Assembly (NCBI GenBank): GCA_946187555.1
Contig: CAMHQP010000001.1
Coordinates: 2,651 to 66,650 of the forward strand
Length of the DNA stretch: 64,000 bases
Source: an uncultured Bacteroidales bacterium
Lineage (GTDB): Bacteria; Bacteroidota; Bacteroidia; Bacteroidales; Paludibacteraceae
Direction of reading: 5' to 3'
The notes below the pieces were generated by a model. The model had not been told where the DNA came from. It ran no database searches and saw only the letters and a list, made by a program, of their open reading frames with translations. A program made the position numbers and the translations under genes. Positions 9,401 through 16,551 of this stretch are shown one piece after another; position 1 is the first letter of the stretch, and the number at the start of each line of letters is the position of its first letter.

Positions 9401-12400
9401 ACCCGAATGGAGCCAAAGTATATGTGAACGGTGCGCCGCTTATTAATTCGATCTACTATTGGATACAGCCGAGTACGCCGATCACGCAGACTATTGAGGT
9501 TGAGCGCGGTACGGTGGACGATTACAATCTGTCCTTCTCGCTCTATTCGGAGCACTGCGCCACCACGTCGGCGGATATGAATATCGGCGTACACTTCCTG
9601 CCGATATCCACCGATGTAGCTATCGCGGCACCGCATCAGAACTGGGTAATGAATACGCTCTCACCGCGTGACTCGACGGGCTATTACCTGCCGATAACGA
9701 TTGACGGATTCGATATTCACCATAAGAACTTCGACCATATCGAGTTCCAGTACAAACTCAGTTCCGAGAGTGATGAGAAATGGGTCAACCAGTGCTCGTT
9801 CTACGCGCAAGACAGTCTGTATGAGCTCGCTACGGGCAACAAAGCGATGATAGAGAACGGACGCATCACGCCGTTCCGCTTCTACGGCGAACGTGACCCG
9901 ATGGAGCAGAAATACGACTTGCGTGCCGTCTCCTTCTGCCGCTACGGATCAGGCTTTGTATCGAAGGCTTCGCCTGTCATCAGCGGTATGAAAGATACAC
10001 GTCCGCCGGTAGTGTTCGGCGAACCCGAACCCGCCAATTCGATCCTTGGGGTAGGAGACAATCTCAAACTCCGGTTCAACGAAGCGATAGCGGGTAACTA
10101 CCTCGATGAGGACAATAACTTCCAAATCACCGGTGTCACCAACGAAAGCGGGCTCGCGGCCTCTACCGCGCTCCATTTCGACGGTAACGCGGTAGCCTAC
10201 ACGAAAGTGAGACGCGACATATCGGAGAAATCATTCACCATCGATGTGATGATTCGTCCTTCTGTGCCGAATAACCGCGCGAAGGATATGATCCTCTTCG
10301 AAGCGACGAAAGACCAATTGACCAAACAGTTCATCCTGACCAAGGATAACCGGTTGCAACTGCTCACTGTCACGCCAAGGGCTACCGTCGGCAGAACATC
10401 CAAGCCTATCGGGGACATCTTGGCGCTCACACGTGTGCTGTGCGTTTACGATAAGACTACGTCCGATATGCATTTCTATGTCGGTTCGGAAGATTTCACA
10501 GACAGAACGATTGGAGACTCCACCACGCAGGCTATGCCGAGCAGCAGTGCGTACTTCAAGTTTGGTACTACCTACGACGGCGATATGCTCGAGGCGCGTA
10601 TCTGGACCAAAGCGCTGACGCTCGAACAGATCGTTGCCACCGCCAACCATTCGCTCACCGGCTATGAGCGCGAACTGCTGACCTACTACCGCATGGACGA
10701 AGGAAAGGGAGATGCTATCACCGACTATGCCCACGGAGCCACCCTCTATCTCGACGGCTGCAGTTGGAACAAGCAAAAAGGCTTCTCGCTCCGGTTTGAC
10801 GGTACCAATACGGCGCAACTCGACGGCAATCTGATAGGACGCTCGACTACTTACGACGAGTCCATCCTATTCTGGTTCAATGCCGAGTCAGACGGTACGC
10901 TCTTCAGTGCCGGATCGACCATCATCGCTATCGAAGACGGCCATCTCGTCTTCCAAAGCGGAGACCGGAAATTTGAACTCAAAAATCAAGCATGCACCGA
11001 TGGTGCTTGGCATCATTTCGTACTCACTATCAGCCGTACGTATAACAACGCTGCGCTTTTCCTTGACGGCCAACTCTATCAGTACTTTGATGCGCTGTCG
11101 CTCGAAGGAATCACCGGTGCGATGTACCTCGGTGGTAACGGGTTCAAGGGACATATAGACGAGTTCGTTATCTTCGAGCAGGCGCTGCCCAAATCGCTCG
11201 TGGAAGTGTACGAAGAGATTGCCCTGACCGGTGACGAGATGGGGCTGATGGCATATCTGCCGTTCGAAGAGCAATACCTTAACCCGAGCGGTGTACTGCA
11301 ACTCCGCTTCTCCGGCAACGACAAGCGTATTTACAAAAACCCGGAGACCGGCGAAGTGATTGACAAGATCGTTCCGCTCGTCATCAGCGATGTCACCGGC
11401 ATGGAAGACGAAGACAACAATGCGCCTGTCAAATCGCATGGCTTGCTTACGAAGTTGAATTTCAACTGGTCGTTCAACAACAACGAGTTGATGATCAACA
11501 TACTCAATCGCGATTATGAGGTGAACAAACAGTCGATCTATGTCTCCGTACGGGATGTAGAGGATCTGAACGGCAACCCCATGACATCGCCTGTTACATG
11601 GACGGCATTCGTGGACCGCAACAGCCTCAAGTGGTCGTCCAAACAACTGACCATCAAAGCAGATGACGGAACGAACAACAACCCTGAAACGGAGGTTCGG
11701 ATCATTAACCAAAGCGGTAAACACCATACCTACAGCATTGAATCGCTGCCATCGTGGCTTACCGTAGATACCGAGTACGGCTCTATTGATCCGACGGAAG
11801 AAATAACCGTCACGCTCACGTTCGACCATCAGATACCGGTAGGCGAGTACAGCGATCTCATCTATCTGACGGACGAAAACGGACTCAGCGAACCGCTCAA
11901 AGTGGACTTTACCATCGAGGCTATCTGTCCTTGGGATCCGGCGGAGGGACGTCAGTTCGACCAATCGATGTCACTCTGCGGACAAGTAGTACTGGCGGAT
12001 GAAAGCGGAGTGATTACACAAGACACATCCAACGACGATATCATTGCTGCTTTCTGCAACGGCGAACTCGTCGGTACGGCGAACAACACCTTCGATAACA
12101 CCGCCAATAAGTCCTATGTCTATCTGACTATCTACGGCAAGGCGGAGAATGAGAACAAACCGATCACATTCAAACTATGGCAGGCTTCGACCGGAAAAGT
12201 CTTTAACCTGACTACCGAACGTGTTATCCAATACCACGAGAACGGCATCGAGGGTTACGCCCCGGCTCAACCGATTATCCTCAGCGCATACGCAGGCTTG
12301 TCACAGCAGATTGCAATCAAGCAAGGATGGAACTGGATCAGTCTCAACCTCAAACCTGTCGGAAACGGCATCCTGAACACCACGCTTCCGGCTACACAAG

Positions 12401-13299
12401 GTTGGAACGACGAGGATCTGATCAAGTCTTCCGTCTCGCGTACCTTCGCGCAGTTCGTCAAAAACGACACTGCCAATAAATGGATAGGTACACTCAACCG
12501 TATTAACTATCACAATATGTATATGGTCTATACGCACGAAGCGAATCCGGAATTGATGGTGGATGGAACACGACTGAACGACGAAGAACGGGTGCTTACC
12601 GTAAGCAAGGGCTGGAACAGCATCGCGTGTCTGATCGATGACGTAACGCTCGTTTCCGAAGCATTGGCTGACTATTATGACAATGCCACCGAAGGAGATC
12701 TCATCAAGTCCAAGAATGCCGTCGCTGTCTTCTCGCAAGATGGCAAATGGGTCGGTTCGCTCACCCACCTCCATCCGGGTGAAGGATACCTCTTCCGCCG
12801 TTATGGAGAAGGATCGGTGCCTCTCACCTTACAGCAAGGCAGTCAGTCTAACCCCGCTCCGAAGAGAACTCCCGCTGTTGAGCATCCGGAGTTTACTAAC
12901 CCGAATGCTGCAACGAATATGACGATGATCGCTATGATTAATGATGGAATGAGCGCGACTGCGTCGCTCAATGATGTAAATGATGTATTGAAGGTGTATG
13001 TGGGCGACGAGTTAGCCGCTGTAGCAGAGCCGATTGACTCGCTGTACTTCTTGACAATCCAGAGCGATCAGATCGGAGAACTCCGCTTTGAGATGAACGG
13101 TCAATCGCTTACACCAATGACCTATGACCAATCACCAATCACCATTGGCTATTCCGCTGACAGCCACCACGGCTCGCTCCGCGCACCGATCGTACTCAAG
13201 CCGGCTGAATCTGACCGACCGTACAAGATCATCGAAAATCAACACGTAGTAATAATCCGAAACAATGAAAAATATGATGTTACTGGAAAGAAATTGTAA
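3487..13299 (+). CDS. giant secreted/cell-surface multidomain protein (3270 aa) with LamG-like, carboxypeptidase-regulatory-like, FN3-like and Ig/BACON-like modules
   Basis: Uninterrupted 9.8-kb ORF with signal peptide MKRFLYLTMVLVVAAMSATTAQA. By-eye modules: FN3-like (~5550-5730); CarboxypepD_reg-like ISGAILLPDNSGMAGVIVALQDSTGAVIDTIITGADGTYRFDSL (~5790-5935) and a second (~6437-6625); two LamG/concanavalin-like modules with MLEARIWTKALTLEQI and GHIDEFVIFEQALPKSLV (~10170-10640, ~10780-11210); Ig/BACON-like (~11680-11925); two copies of a ~110-aa module (~11926-12290, ~12890-13210); short C-terminal tail motif. Confidence 0.85.
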   Translation: MKRFLYLTMVLVVAAMSATTAQANDYMEHPENYQIYASGIDKIHFSIPVWVHGDWYERSYSALPGSHFTYKVGTGDEVTVLNWIAHVVRDNDRDNDKGTLAVKFQPNQGQLYLTCMHDGIRRSVLDDGNWSDWLTVKQKPAGGYDRVTILEFDWYPPQALDGKDFTIKMYSEFDDFEEIINEIAYSLCDPFDDYSNIDCYYEVNPDYKVNWQVDNTFKGKEQLVTPTLFDPYLYQMSEDGLAGYGYAAIPYSLGDPPISYRLSIDSSLHSVTEQAGNIFVMTTDTLIKDVCAKFIVWRDSANNTKDSIMSTKVDVKPYHRIHDFVAKEETDSTDTYTGVNVLSWTVKNPLLEDIVEGDYFEIVRATDTAFTDATSLAVLPLEIDSLGQYSYRDEDRSISTGHLDGDSLTLPLVYAPDEYYELKDQNGQTMYLVKLQIQTEKTVVPSLPVYYRIRRASSAVWGWHPDFTEQRTVYKHNFLAPLDSVQPEYEKDADYENNHKVNFRIVLKNEEVPTILPSEDTFEFSYTPVHSAWDSLPAGIDSASVNPELFMVDTLKAQLKDTLYTHLKAEYEANPFGKCMWDKTANLILVKTIEETGATTESIVPQDSIRRLENGDWEARFSDIADKGCTHYSYAVRIDQSHSDLHVRNPQEQLAPMTITGPELYFDESAKIVEFTATQGDARSDLKQGVLLNWKPSSSAVDEYILCRIMQGGSGALDTLYTGIETTFMDITALPDVHYEYTVSSYYYCNGKSSSNSAKTEGWRTNFAEISGAILLPDNSGMAGVIVALQDSTGAVIDTIITGADGTYRFDSLEYYEVECHYTPIVKLSYTHYAQVQDPKPYVQIRILNEDGTVQKDWGKIDGGTYEYVVGTKFEIKTTEEGNENKDKVYPVVIKGDCEIVCENQAHTEGEMHIVPRFVVNVKGNGDFVPCKTIQSSANYVVIPTHEYGVFSFNYTDAGSAAITLSKDNALADHIDFVNTNSTRLTGRALYENTTIPVAGAMFRLNGDTIRRGGAPLMTGTDGNFEMSLTKGQPYTLQIFKPNHTFAQDGYFQMEEGKDTFAITEPLDGIRFYDQTRVRLVGRVAGGNDQRDLPEAFGLGKNNLGDDLQLVFQLEGDNVAHFVYDPNDLTRDTIQQVVDHLVYTGDTLAPTRSVGTTHTLFEKKRIIVQPDPETGEFEVDLCPVKYKVTQATARGYATLFTDGTGNETFDLTNAPLKHITDTLNGDSVYYNATYDRIYHTPIQIELKQNLYGLERMAYGEPEMEVNGANPNQMEKVALYTISDGEATYTLGYPVFYDSRKYQFKAKAYEAFYYNNDPAGIEDIVPQRGGSVIIRNGMHSATEVERYPLNEKGENNVIWLTVDDVDVEHAGTAPLRSVSIALEDEGNIVETNVFSGFIAGSVLEANSLRTSRGDIQLLDIVRDPGGAGSSSYVENGAEYTFSYAQTVKAEYGIKLSPTWGTNLDQYIGAYTGSPVGGSFIGEEVNTQKAISFDLPISHKIDYGHSYTYKMTTNNRIETSSESSPTGVGSPADVFFGTEVANIIGKMKTISIIDDSLYQMCQPSFNAGTMLLLAQGTDSVGKAYYLVTGQKIYVSSLLTNTFTYSQYYIWNTLIPRLAMDRQDLLKNFSDSVAAQAYADATGRPAYWAIETDSYINDTIPVEAYRMFTPNDGEAYTDEVAELNNAITRWLEILYANEREKVIARQSGINLGTYSVSFGNSFSHSESYSYECSYNEYPQSFFGERDLKKADLTALGTLMASLIKYGWASYKGKIGTSAINAALQSYSKIFEEKKDGENKTNTVEAKAGNMKFHMGFGVIANTDRDKRMTTTAAISKSTGFTLVADPKGDITTSVYRAEVDSAWRANSSAVLEEVEQDGNDDMLYGSYVFFTEAGATLCPHEEEEKTLLYNPGTTINNNTLWVSKPELTADRYEIANVSSDKRASFRITLFNQGQMDAGAAENGQGFYLCLNGVSNPNGAKVYVNGAPLINSIYYWIQPSTPITQTIEVERGTVDDYNLSFSLYSEHCATTSADMNIGVHFLPISTDVAIAAPHQNWVMNTLSPRDSTGYYLPITIDGFDIHHKNFDHIEFQYKLSSESDEKWVNQCSFYAQDSLYELATGNKAMIENGRITPFRFYGERDPMEQKYDLRAVSFCRYGSGFVSKASPVISGMKDTRPPVVFGEPEPANSILGVGDNLKLRFNEAIAGNYLDEDNNFQITGVTNESGLAASTALHFDGNAVAYTKVRRDISEKSFTIDVMIRPSVPNNRAKDMILFEATKDQLTKQFILTKDNRLQLLTVTPRATVGRTSKPIGDILALTRVLCVYDKTTSDMHFYVGSEDFTDRTIGDSTTQAMPSSSAYFKFGTTYDGDMLEARIWTKALTLEQIVATANHSLTGYERELLTYYRMDEGKGDAITDYAHGATLYLDGCSWNKQKGFSLRFDGTNTAQLDGNLIGRSTTYDESILFWFNAESDGTLFSAGSTIIAIEDGHLVFQSGDRKFELKNQACTDGAWHHFVLTISRTYNNAALFLDGQLYQYFDALSLEGITGAMYLGGNGFKGHIDEFVIFEQALPKSLVEVYEEIALTGDEMGLMAYLPFEEQYLNPSGVLQLRFSGNDKRIYKNPETGEVIDKIVPLVISDVTGMEDEDNNAPVKSHGLLTKLNFNWSFNNNELMINILNRDYEVNKQSIYVSVRDVEDLNGNPMTSPVTWTAFVDRNSLKWSSKQLTIKADDGTNNNPETEVRIINQSGKHHTYSIESLPSWLTVDTEYGSIDPTEEITVTLTFDHQIPVGEYSDLIYLTDENGLSEPLKVDFTIEAICPWDPAEGRQFDQSMSLCGQVVLADESGVITQDTSNDDIIAAFCNGELVGTANNTFDNTANKSYVYLTIYGKAENENKPITFKLWQASTGKVFNLTTERVIQYHENGIEGYAPAQPIILSAYAGLSQQIAIKQGWNWISLNLKPVGNGILNTTLPATQGWNDEDLIKSSVSRTFAQFVKNDTANKWIGTLNRINYHNMYMVYTHEANPELMVDGTRLNDEERVLTVSKGWNSIACLIDDVTLVSEALADYYDNATEGDLIKSKNAVAVFSQDGKWVGSLTHLHPGEGYLFRRYGEGSVPLTLQQGSQSNPAPKRTPAVEHPEFTNPNAATNMTMIAMINDGMSATASLNDVNDVLKVYVGDELAAVAEPIDSLYFLTIQSDQIGELRFEMNGQSLTPMTYDQSPITIGYSADSHHGSLRAPIVLKPAESDRPYKIIENQHVVIIRNNEKYDVTGKKL

Positions 13300-13714
13300 A
13301 ATCTTGGCTCTTTGTTCCTTGTTCCTTGTAGCCCTCGTTGGCTGCAAGGACAAAGAGCCCGAAAACCCGTATGTTAATCCGGGTACCACGGAAAACCCGC
13401 AGTGGAAAATCACGGTAGACACTACCGATATGACCTCCTCCATGACCGCCATCGTTCGGGTGAGTTTCACGCAATCAGAAGGCACACTCGCTGCCTTTAT
13501 GGGCAACGAATGCTGCGGGATAGGAGAGTATACAGAGGGGCTGTATTGGCTTTATATCTCGCCCGCTTCGGAACAAAGTAATGTCCAATTAAAATTCTAT
13601 TCCCCGGACTTGAAGCGGATCTTCGTTGCCGGAGATACCTTCCCTTACGTTAACCATGGTCATCAAGGCTCGGTCAATAATCCTGCTACACCAACTTGGA
13701 TCGTAGCGCAATAA
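13265..13714 (+). CDS. lipoprotein consisting of one copy of the giant protein's C-terminal ~110-aa module
   Basis: 149 aa. Lipobox LVALVGC. SMTAIVRV ... GTLAAFMGNECCGIG ... GLYWLYISP ... VQLKFY aligns with two modules in the giant protein. Start overlaps the giant gene's end by 35 nt. Confidence 0.65.
   Translation: MKNMMLLERNCKILALCSLFLVALVGCKDKEPENPYVNPGTTENPQWKITVDTTDMTSSMTAIVRVSFTQSEGTLAAFMGNECCGIGEYTEGLYWLYISPASEQSNVQLKFYSPDLKRIFVAGDTFPYVNHGHQGSVNNPATPTWIVAQ
13312..13332. repeat. 7-nt tandem array TTGTTCC TTGTTCC TTGTAGC
   Basis: Read directly. Lies in the signal-peptide coding part of ORF 13265 (LCSLFLVAL). Confidence 0.85.
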
Positions 13715-13738
13715 TGTATAACCACTAACTGAACGACA

Positions 13739-14368
13739 ATGACAAAATTGCTATTTATCTTGCTGACAACATTTACCGTTAATTTCTGGTCTGATACGAA
13801 CGAAAACGAGTTGTTGAACTCCCAGCAAGTGGAAGAGCATGAAAATGCTGTTCAACCCAATGACCCCGATTCGGTGTGTTATAAGTTTATCGGTTGGGAT
13901 GGAAATTTCAGTGATGTACAAAGCAATTTGGACATCCACGCTACTTACGAGCTATATACATACATCCTCAGCATTGATTCGGAATCCGGTATGAGCAACG
14001 GCACGATCGTGGCAGAAGATCCCTATGCATTCAACGAATCCGGGATGATTATCAACATCCCTTGTGGCACAACCATCTCCGTGACCGCCGTGCCCGAAAA
14101 CGGGTATAAACTAGACAAATGGTATCAAAACGGAATAGAGCTAAACACCACAGCGACAACGATTGACATCCTGCTTGATGAATCAACGGTCTCGGAAGGT
14201 AATATCTATGTCTATGCCACATTCGTGGAAGATTCGCAAACGGGAGTGGAGAGCCAGGTCAGACCTGCTTCATCTATCAGCATTCAGAAAATGCTCCGCA
14301 ACGGCATGCTCTTTATCGAGCGGAACGGCCGCATCTACAATGCCCAAGGACAATTGGCTCAACCGTAA
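13739..14368 (+). CDS. small surface protein with Listeria-Bacteroides (InlB B-repeat / Flg_new-like) repeats and the same C-terminal tail motif as the giant protein
   Basis: 209 aa. ...CYKFIGWDGNFSDV...IHATYE and ...PENGYKLDKWYQNG...VYATFVE match the GY-x-F-x-GW repeat signature. The tail KMLRNGMLFIERNGRIYNAQGQ resembles KIIENQHVVIIRNNEKYDVTGK. The first repeat starts almost at the N-terminus, so the gene may be 5'-truncated. Confidence 0.55.
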   Translation: MTKLLFILLTTFTVNFWSDTNENELLNSQQVEEHENAVQPNDPDSVCYKFIGWDGNFSDVQSNLDIHATYELYTYILSIDSESGMSNGTIVAEDPYAFNESGMIINIPCGTTISVTAVPENGYKLDKWYQNGIELNTTATTIDILLDESTVSEGNIYVYATFVEDSQTGVESQVRPASSISIQKMLRNGMLFIERNGRIYNAQGQLAQP

Positions 14369-14413
14369 CGTATGGCTAAGAAACTATAACACACGCATAT
14401 GCGTAATTAAATA

Positions 14414-15622
14414 ATGAAAAAGCTTTTGATTATTATGATGACCGCTCTCAGTGTAGCGGTCTCGGCGCAGACGGACACGACGGCTGTGCCCAAAGACACC
14501 ACCGAAGGATTTCGTTTCACGACCATCGATAGCGTTGCTATCAGTCCGGTCAAAGACCAGAACCGCAGTTCGACCTGCTGGGCGTTCTCCACGCTCGGCT
14601 TCCTCGAGTCCGAAGTGTTGCGTATCAAAGGTAAACTGGTCGATTTCAGTCGTATGTTCGTAGTGAGCAAGACGATGATCGACCGCGCGACCTACTGCGT
14701 GCGTCTGTATAACGAGCCGAGGTTCGCCCCCGGCGGTAGTGCATACGACGTGATCTACTGCATGGAGCACTACGGTCTCGTGCCGCAAGAAGCGATGCCC
14801 GGTATTCGCTACGGCTGGACGGCGAACGATACCCTACCCGTGCATTCCGAACTCGACAAAGTGGCAGCCGGTTACCTCAAAGGCCTCAGCGGACTGAAAC
14901 GTATCAGTCCTGTGTGGCGCGAGGGACTGCAGGCTATCTACGATACCTATCTGGGCAAGTGTCCGGAGTCGTTTGAGTACGAAGGCAAGACCTACACCCC
15001 GCAATCATGGGTGAAGAGTCTCGGGCTCAACGCCGACGATTACGTGTCCATCACCAGCTATACCCACCATCCGTTCTATGAGCGTTTTGCACTCGAGGTG
15101 CCGGATAACTGGCGCATGGATCAGATGTACAACGTGCCTCTTGACGAGATGATGCGTATCATCGATAATGCGCTCGCGAACGGTTATACGCTGGCTTGGG
15201 GTGCAGACGTGAGTGAGATCGGTTTTACCCGCAAGGGTATCGGTGTCGTGCCGGACGATGATCACGGTGCCGACATCACCGGTAGCGATATGGCCAAATG
15301 GGTAGGCATGTCCAACGATAAGAAGAAAGAGGAACTGACCAAGAAACCGCTGCCCGAGAAGACGATCACACAGCAGATGCGGCAGGATGCGTTCGATAAC
15401 TGGGAGAACACCGACGACCACGGCATGCAGATCTTCGGTACGGCACACGACCAGAACGGCAAACGGTATTACATGGTTAAGAACTCCTGGGGCACCATGC
15501 GCTCGGACTACAAGGGTATATGGTACGTGAGCGAGGCGTTTATGCAATACAAGACCAATGATATCCTTGTGCACAAGAACGCTATCCCGAAAGATATTCG
15601 TAAAAAACTCGGTATCAAGTGA
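14414..15622 (+). CDS. pepC: C1-family cysteine peptidase (aminopeptidase C / bleomycin-hydrolase-like), secreted
   Basis: 402 aa. Signal peptide, active-site context QNRSSTCWAFS, C-terminal ...NSWG... motif typical of papain-fold C1B enzymes. Confidence 0.75.
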   Translation: MKKLLIIMMTALSVAVSAQTDTTAVPKDTTEGFRFTTIDSVAISPVKDQNRSSTCWAFSTLGFLESEVLRIKGKLVDFSRMFVVSKTMIDRATYCVRLYNEPRFAPGGSAYDVIYCMEHYGLVPQEAMPGIRYGWTANDTLPVHSELDKVAAGYLKGLSGLKRISPVWREGLQAIYDTYLGKCPESFEYEGKTYTPQSWVKSLGLNADDYVSITSYTHHPFYERFALEVPDNWRMDQMYNVPLDEMMRIIDNALANGYTLAWGADVSEIGFTRKGIGVVPDDDHGADITGSDMAKWVGMSNDKKKEELTKKPLPEKTITQQMRQDAFDNWENTDDHGMQIFGTAHDQNGKRYYMVKNSWGTMRSDYKGIWYVSEAFMQYKTNDILVHKNAIPKDIRKKLGIK

Positions 15623-16551
15623 GTAAGATTCAGGATAAGGATTGGTTGTATTTGTTTCTGCGGCCGTACGTCGATTGGATGTTCCGGCGGTCGTATCGGC
15701 ATTTTCGGTACGAGGGATTGGAGAATATCCCGACCGACGGGGCGGTTATCTTTGCGCCGAACCATACGAACGCTTTGTGCGACGCGATGGCGATATTAGG
15801 GATAGATGCGCAGCAAAAAGTGTTTGTTGCCCGGGCGGATATCTTCAAGGACCCGAAGAAAGCTGCTATCCTGAACTGGTTGAAGATCATGCCGATCAAC
15901 CGCATACGGGACGGACTGGAGGAAGTGCGGCATAACGACGAGACAATCAATAAGGCGGTGGACACGCTGCGAGACGGCGTTCCGTTCTGTATCTTCGCCG
16001 AAGGCACGCACCACCCCGACCGAACGATCTTGCCGCTGAGTAAGGGTATCTTCCGAATCGCGCTGCAAGCGAACGAGTCGTTCGGCCACGAGAAACCAAT
16101 CTATATCGTACCGGTAGGGATTGAGTACGGCGATTATTTCCATCTATGGAACAGCGTGTGCGTCACGATAGGTGCGCCTATTAACGTGACGGCGTTTGTC
16201 AATAGTCGATTGTCATTTGCCGATAGCAGGGCGCAGGTGATCATGGAACTGAGGGAGATACTGACCGAGCGATTGAAATCGCTCATTGGAGATTGGAGAT
16301 TGGAGATTGATGATCGTGGGTGGCCGAAGTGGTTGGCAGTTCTGCTATTCCCGTTGTTTGTAGTGAGTGCGGCGATGACGATCCCGTTGTGGGGCATGTG
16401 GTTGTTTATACAGCACCATGTCAAGGACCGGGCATTCCATAACTCGGTGATGTATGTATGGCAGTTGGTATTTTTGACCATCACGTTGCTCATACCATTG
16501 CCGTTTTGGATGTTTTTTCAAGAATATATTTATCAATTAAGACATGATTAG
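15619..16551 (+). CDS. lysophospholipid (1-acyl-sn-glycerol-3-phosphate) acyltransferase family protein with C-terminal membrane helices
   Basis: HX4D motif NHTNALCD, FAEGTH and PVGIEY blocks of the PlsC family. GTG start overlaps the pepC stop. Confidence 0.75.
   Translation: MSKIQDKDWLYLFLRPYVDWMFRRSYRHFRYEGLENIPTDGAVIFAPNHTNALCDAMAILGIDAQQKVFVARADIFKDPKKAAILNWLKIMPINRIRDGLEEVRHNDETINKAVDTLRDGVPFCIFAEGTHHPDRTILPLSKGIFRIALQANESFGHEKPIYIVPVGIEYGDYFHLWNSVCVTIGAPINVTAFVNSRLSFADSRAQVIMELREILTERLKSLIGDWRLEIDDRGWPKWLAVLLFPLFVVSAAMTIPLWGMWLFIQHHVKDRAFHNSVMYVWQLVFLTITLLIPLPFWMFFQEYIYQLRHD
16285..16312. repeat. 7-nt tandem array (ATTGGAG)x3 + ATTGATG
   Basis: Read directly. In frame inside the acyltransferase gene, encoding ...IGDWRLEIDD.... 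Confidence 0.9.

Noticed and set aside
12890-13299. The C-terminus of the giant protein as a type IX secretion (T9SS) C-terminal sorting domain.
   Set aside because: I cannot recognise the ~80-aa CTD pattern by eye. The region looks instead like the repeated ~110-aa module plus a short tail. This is left as a test in the findings, not as a call.
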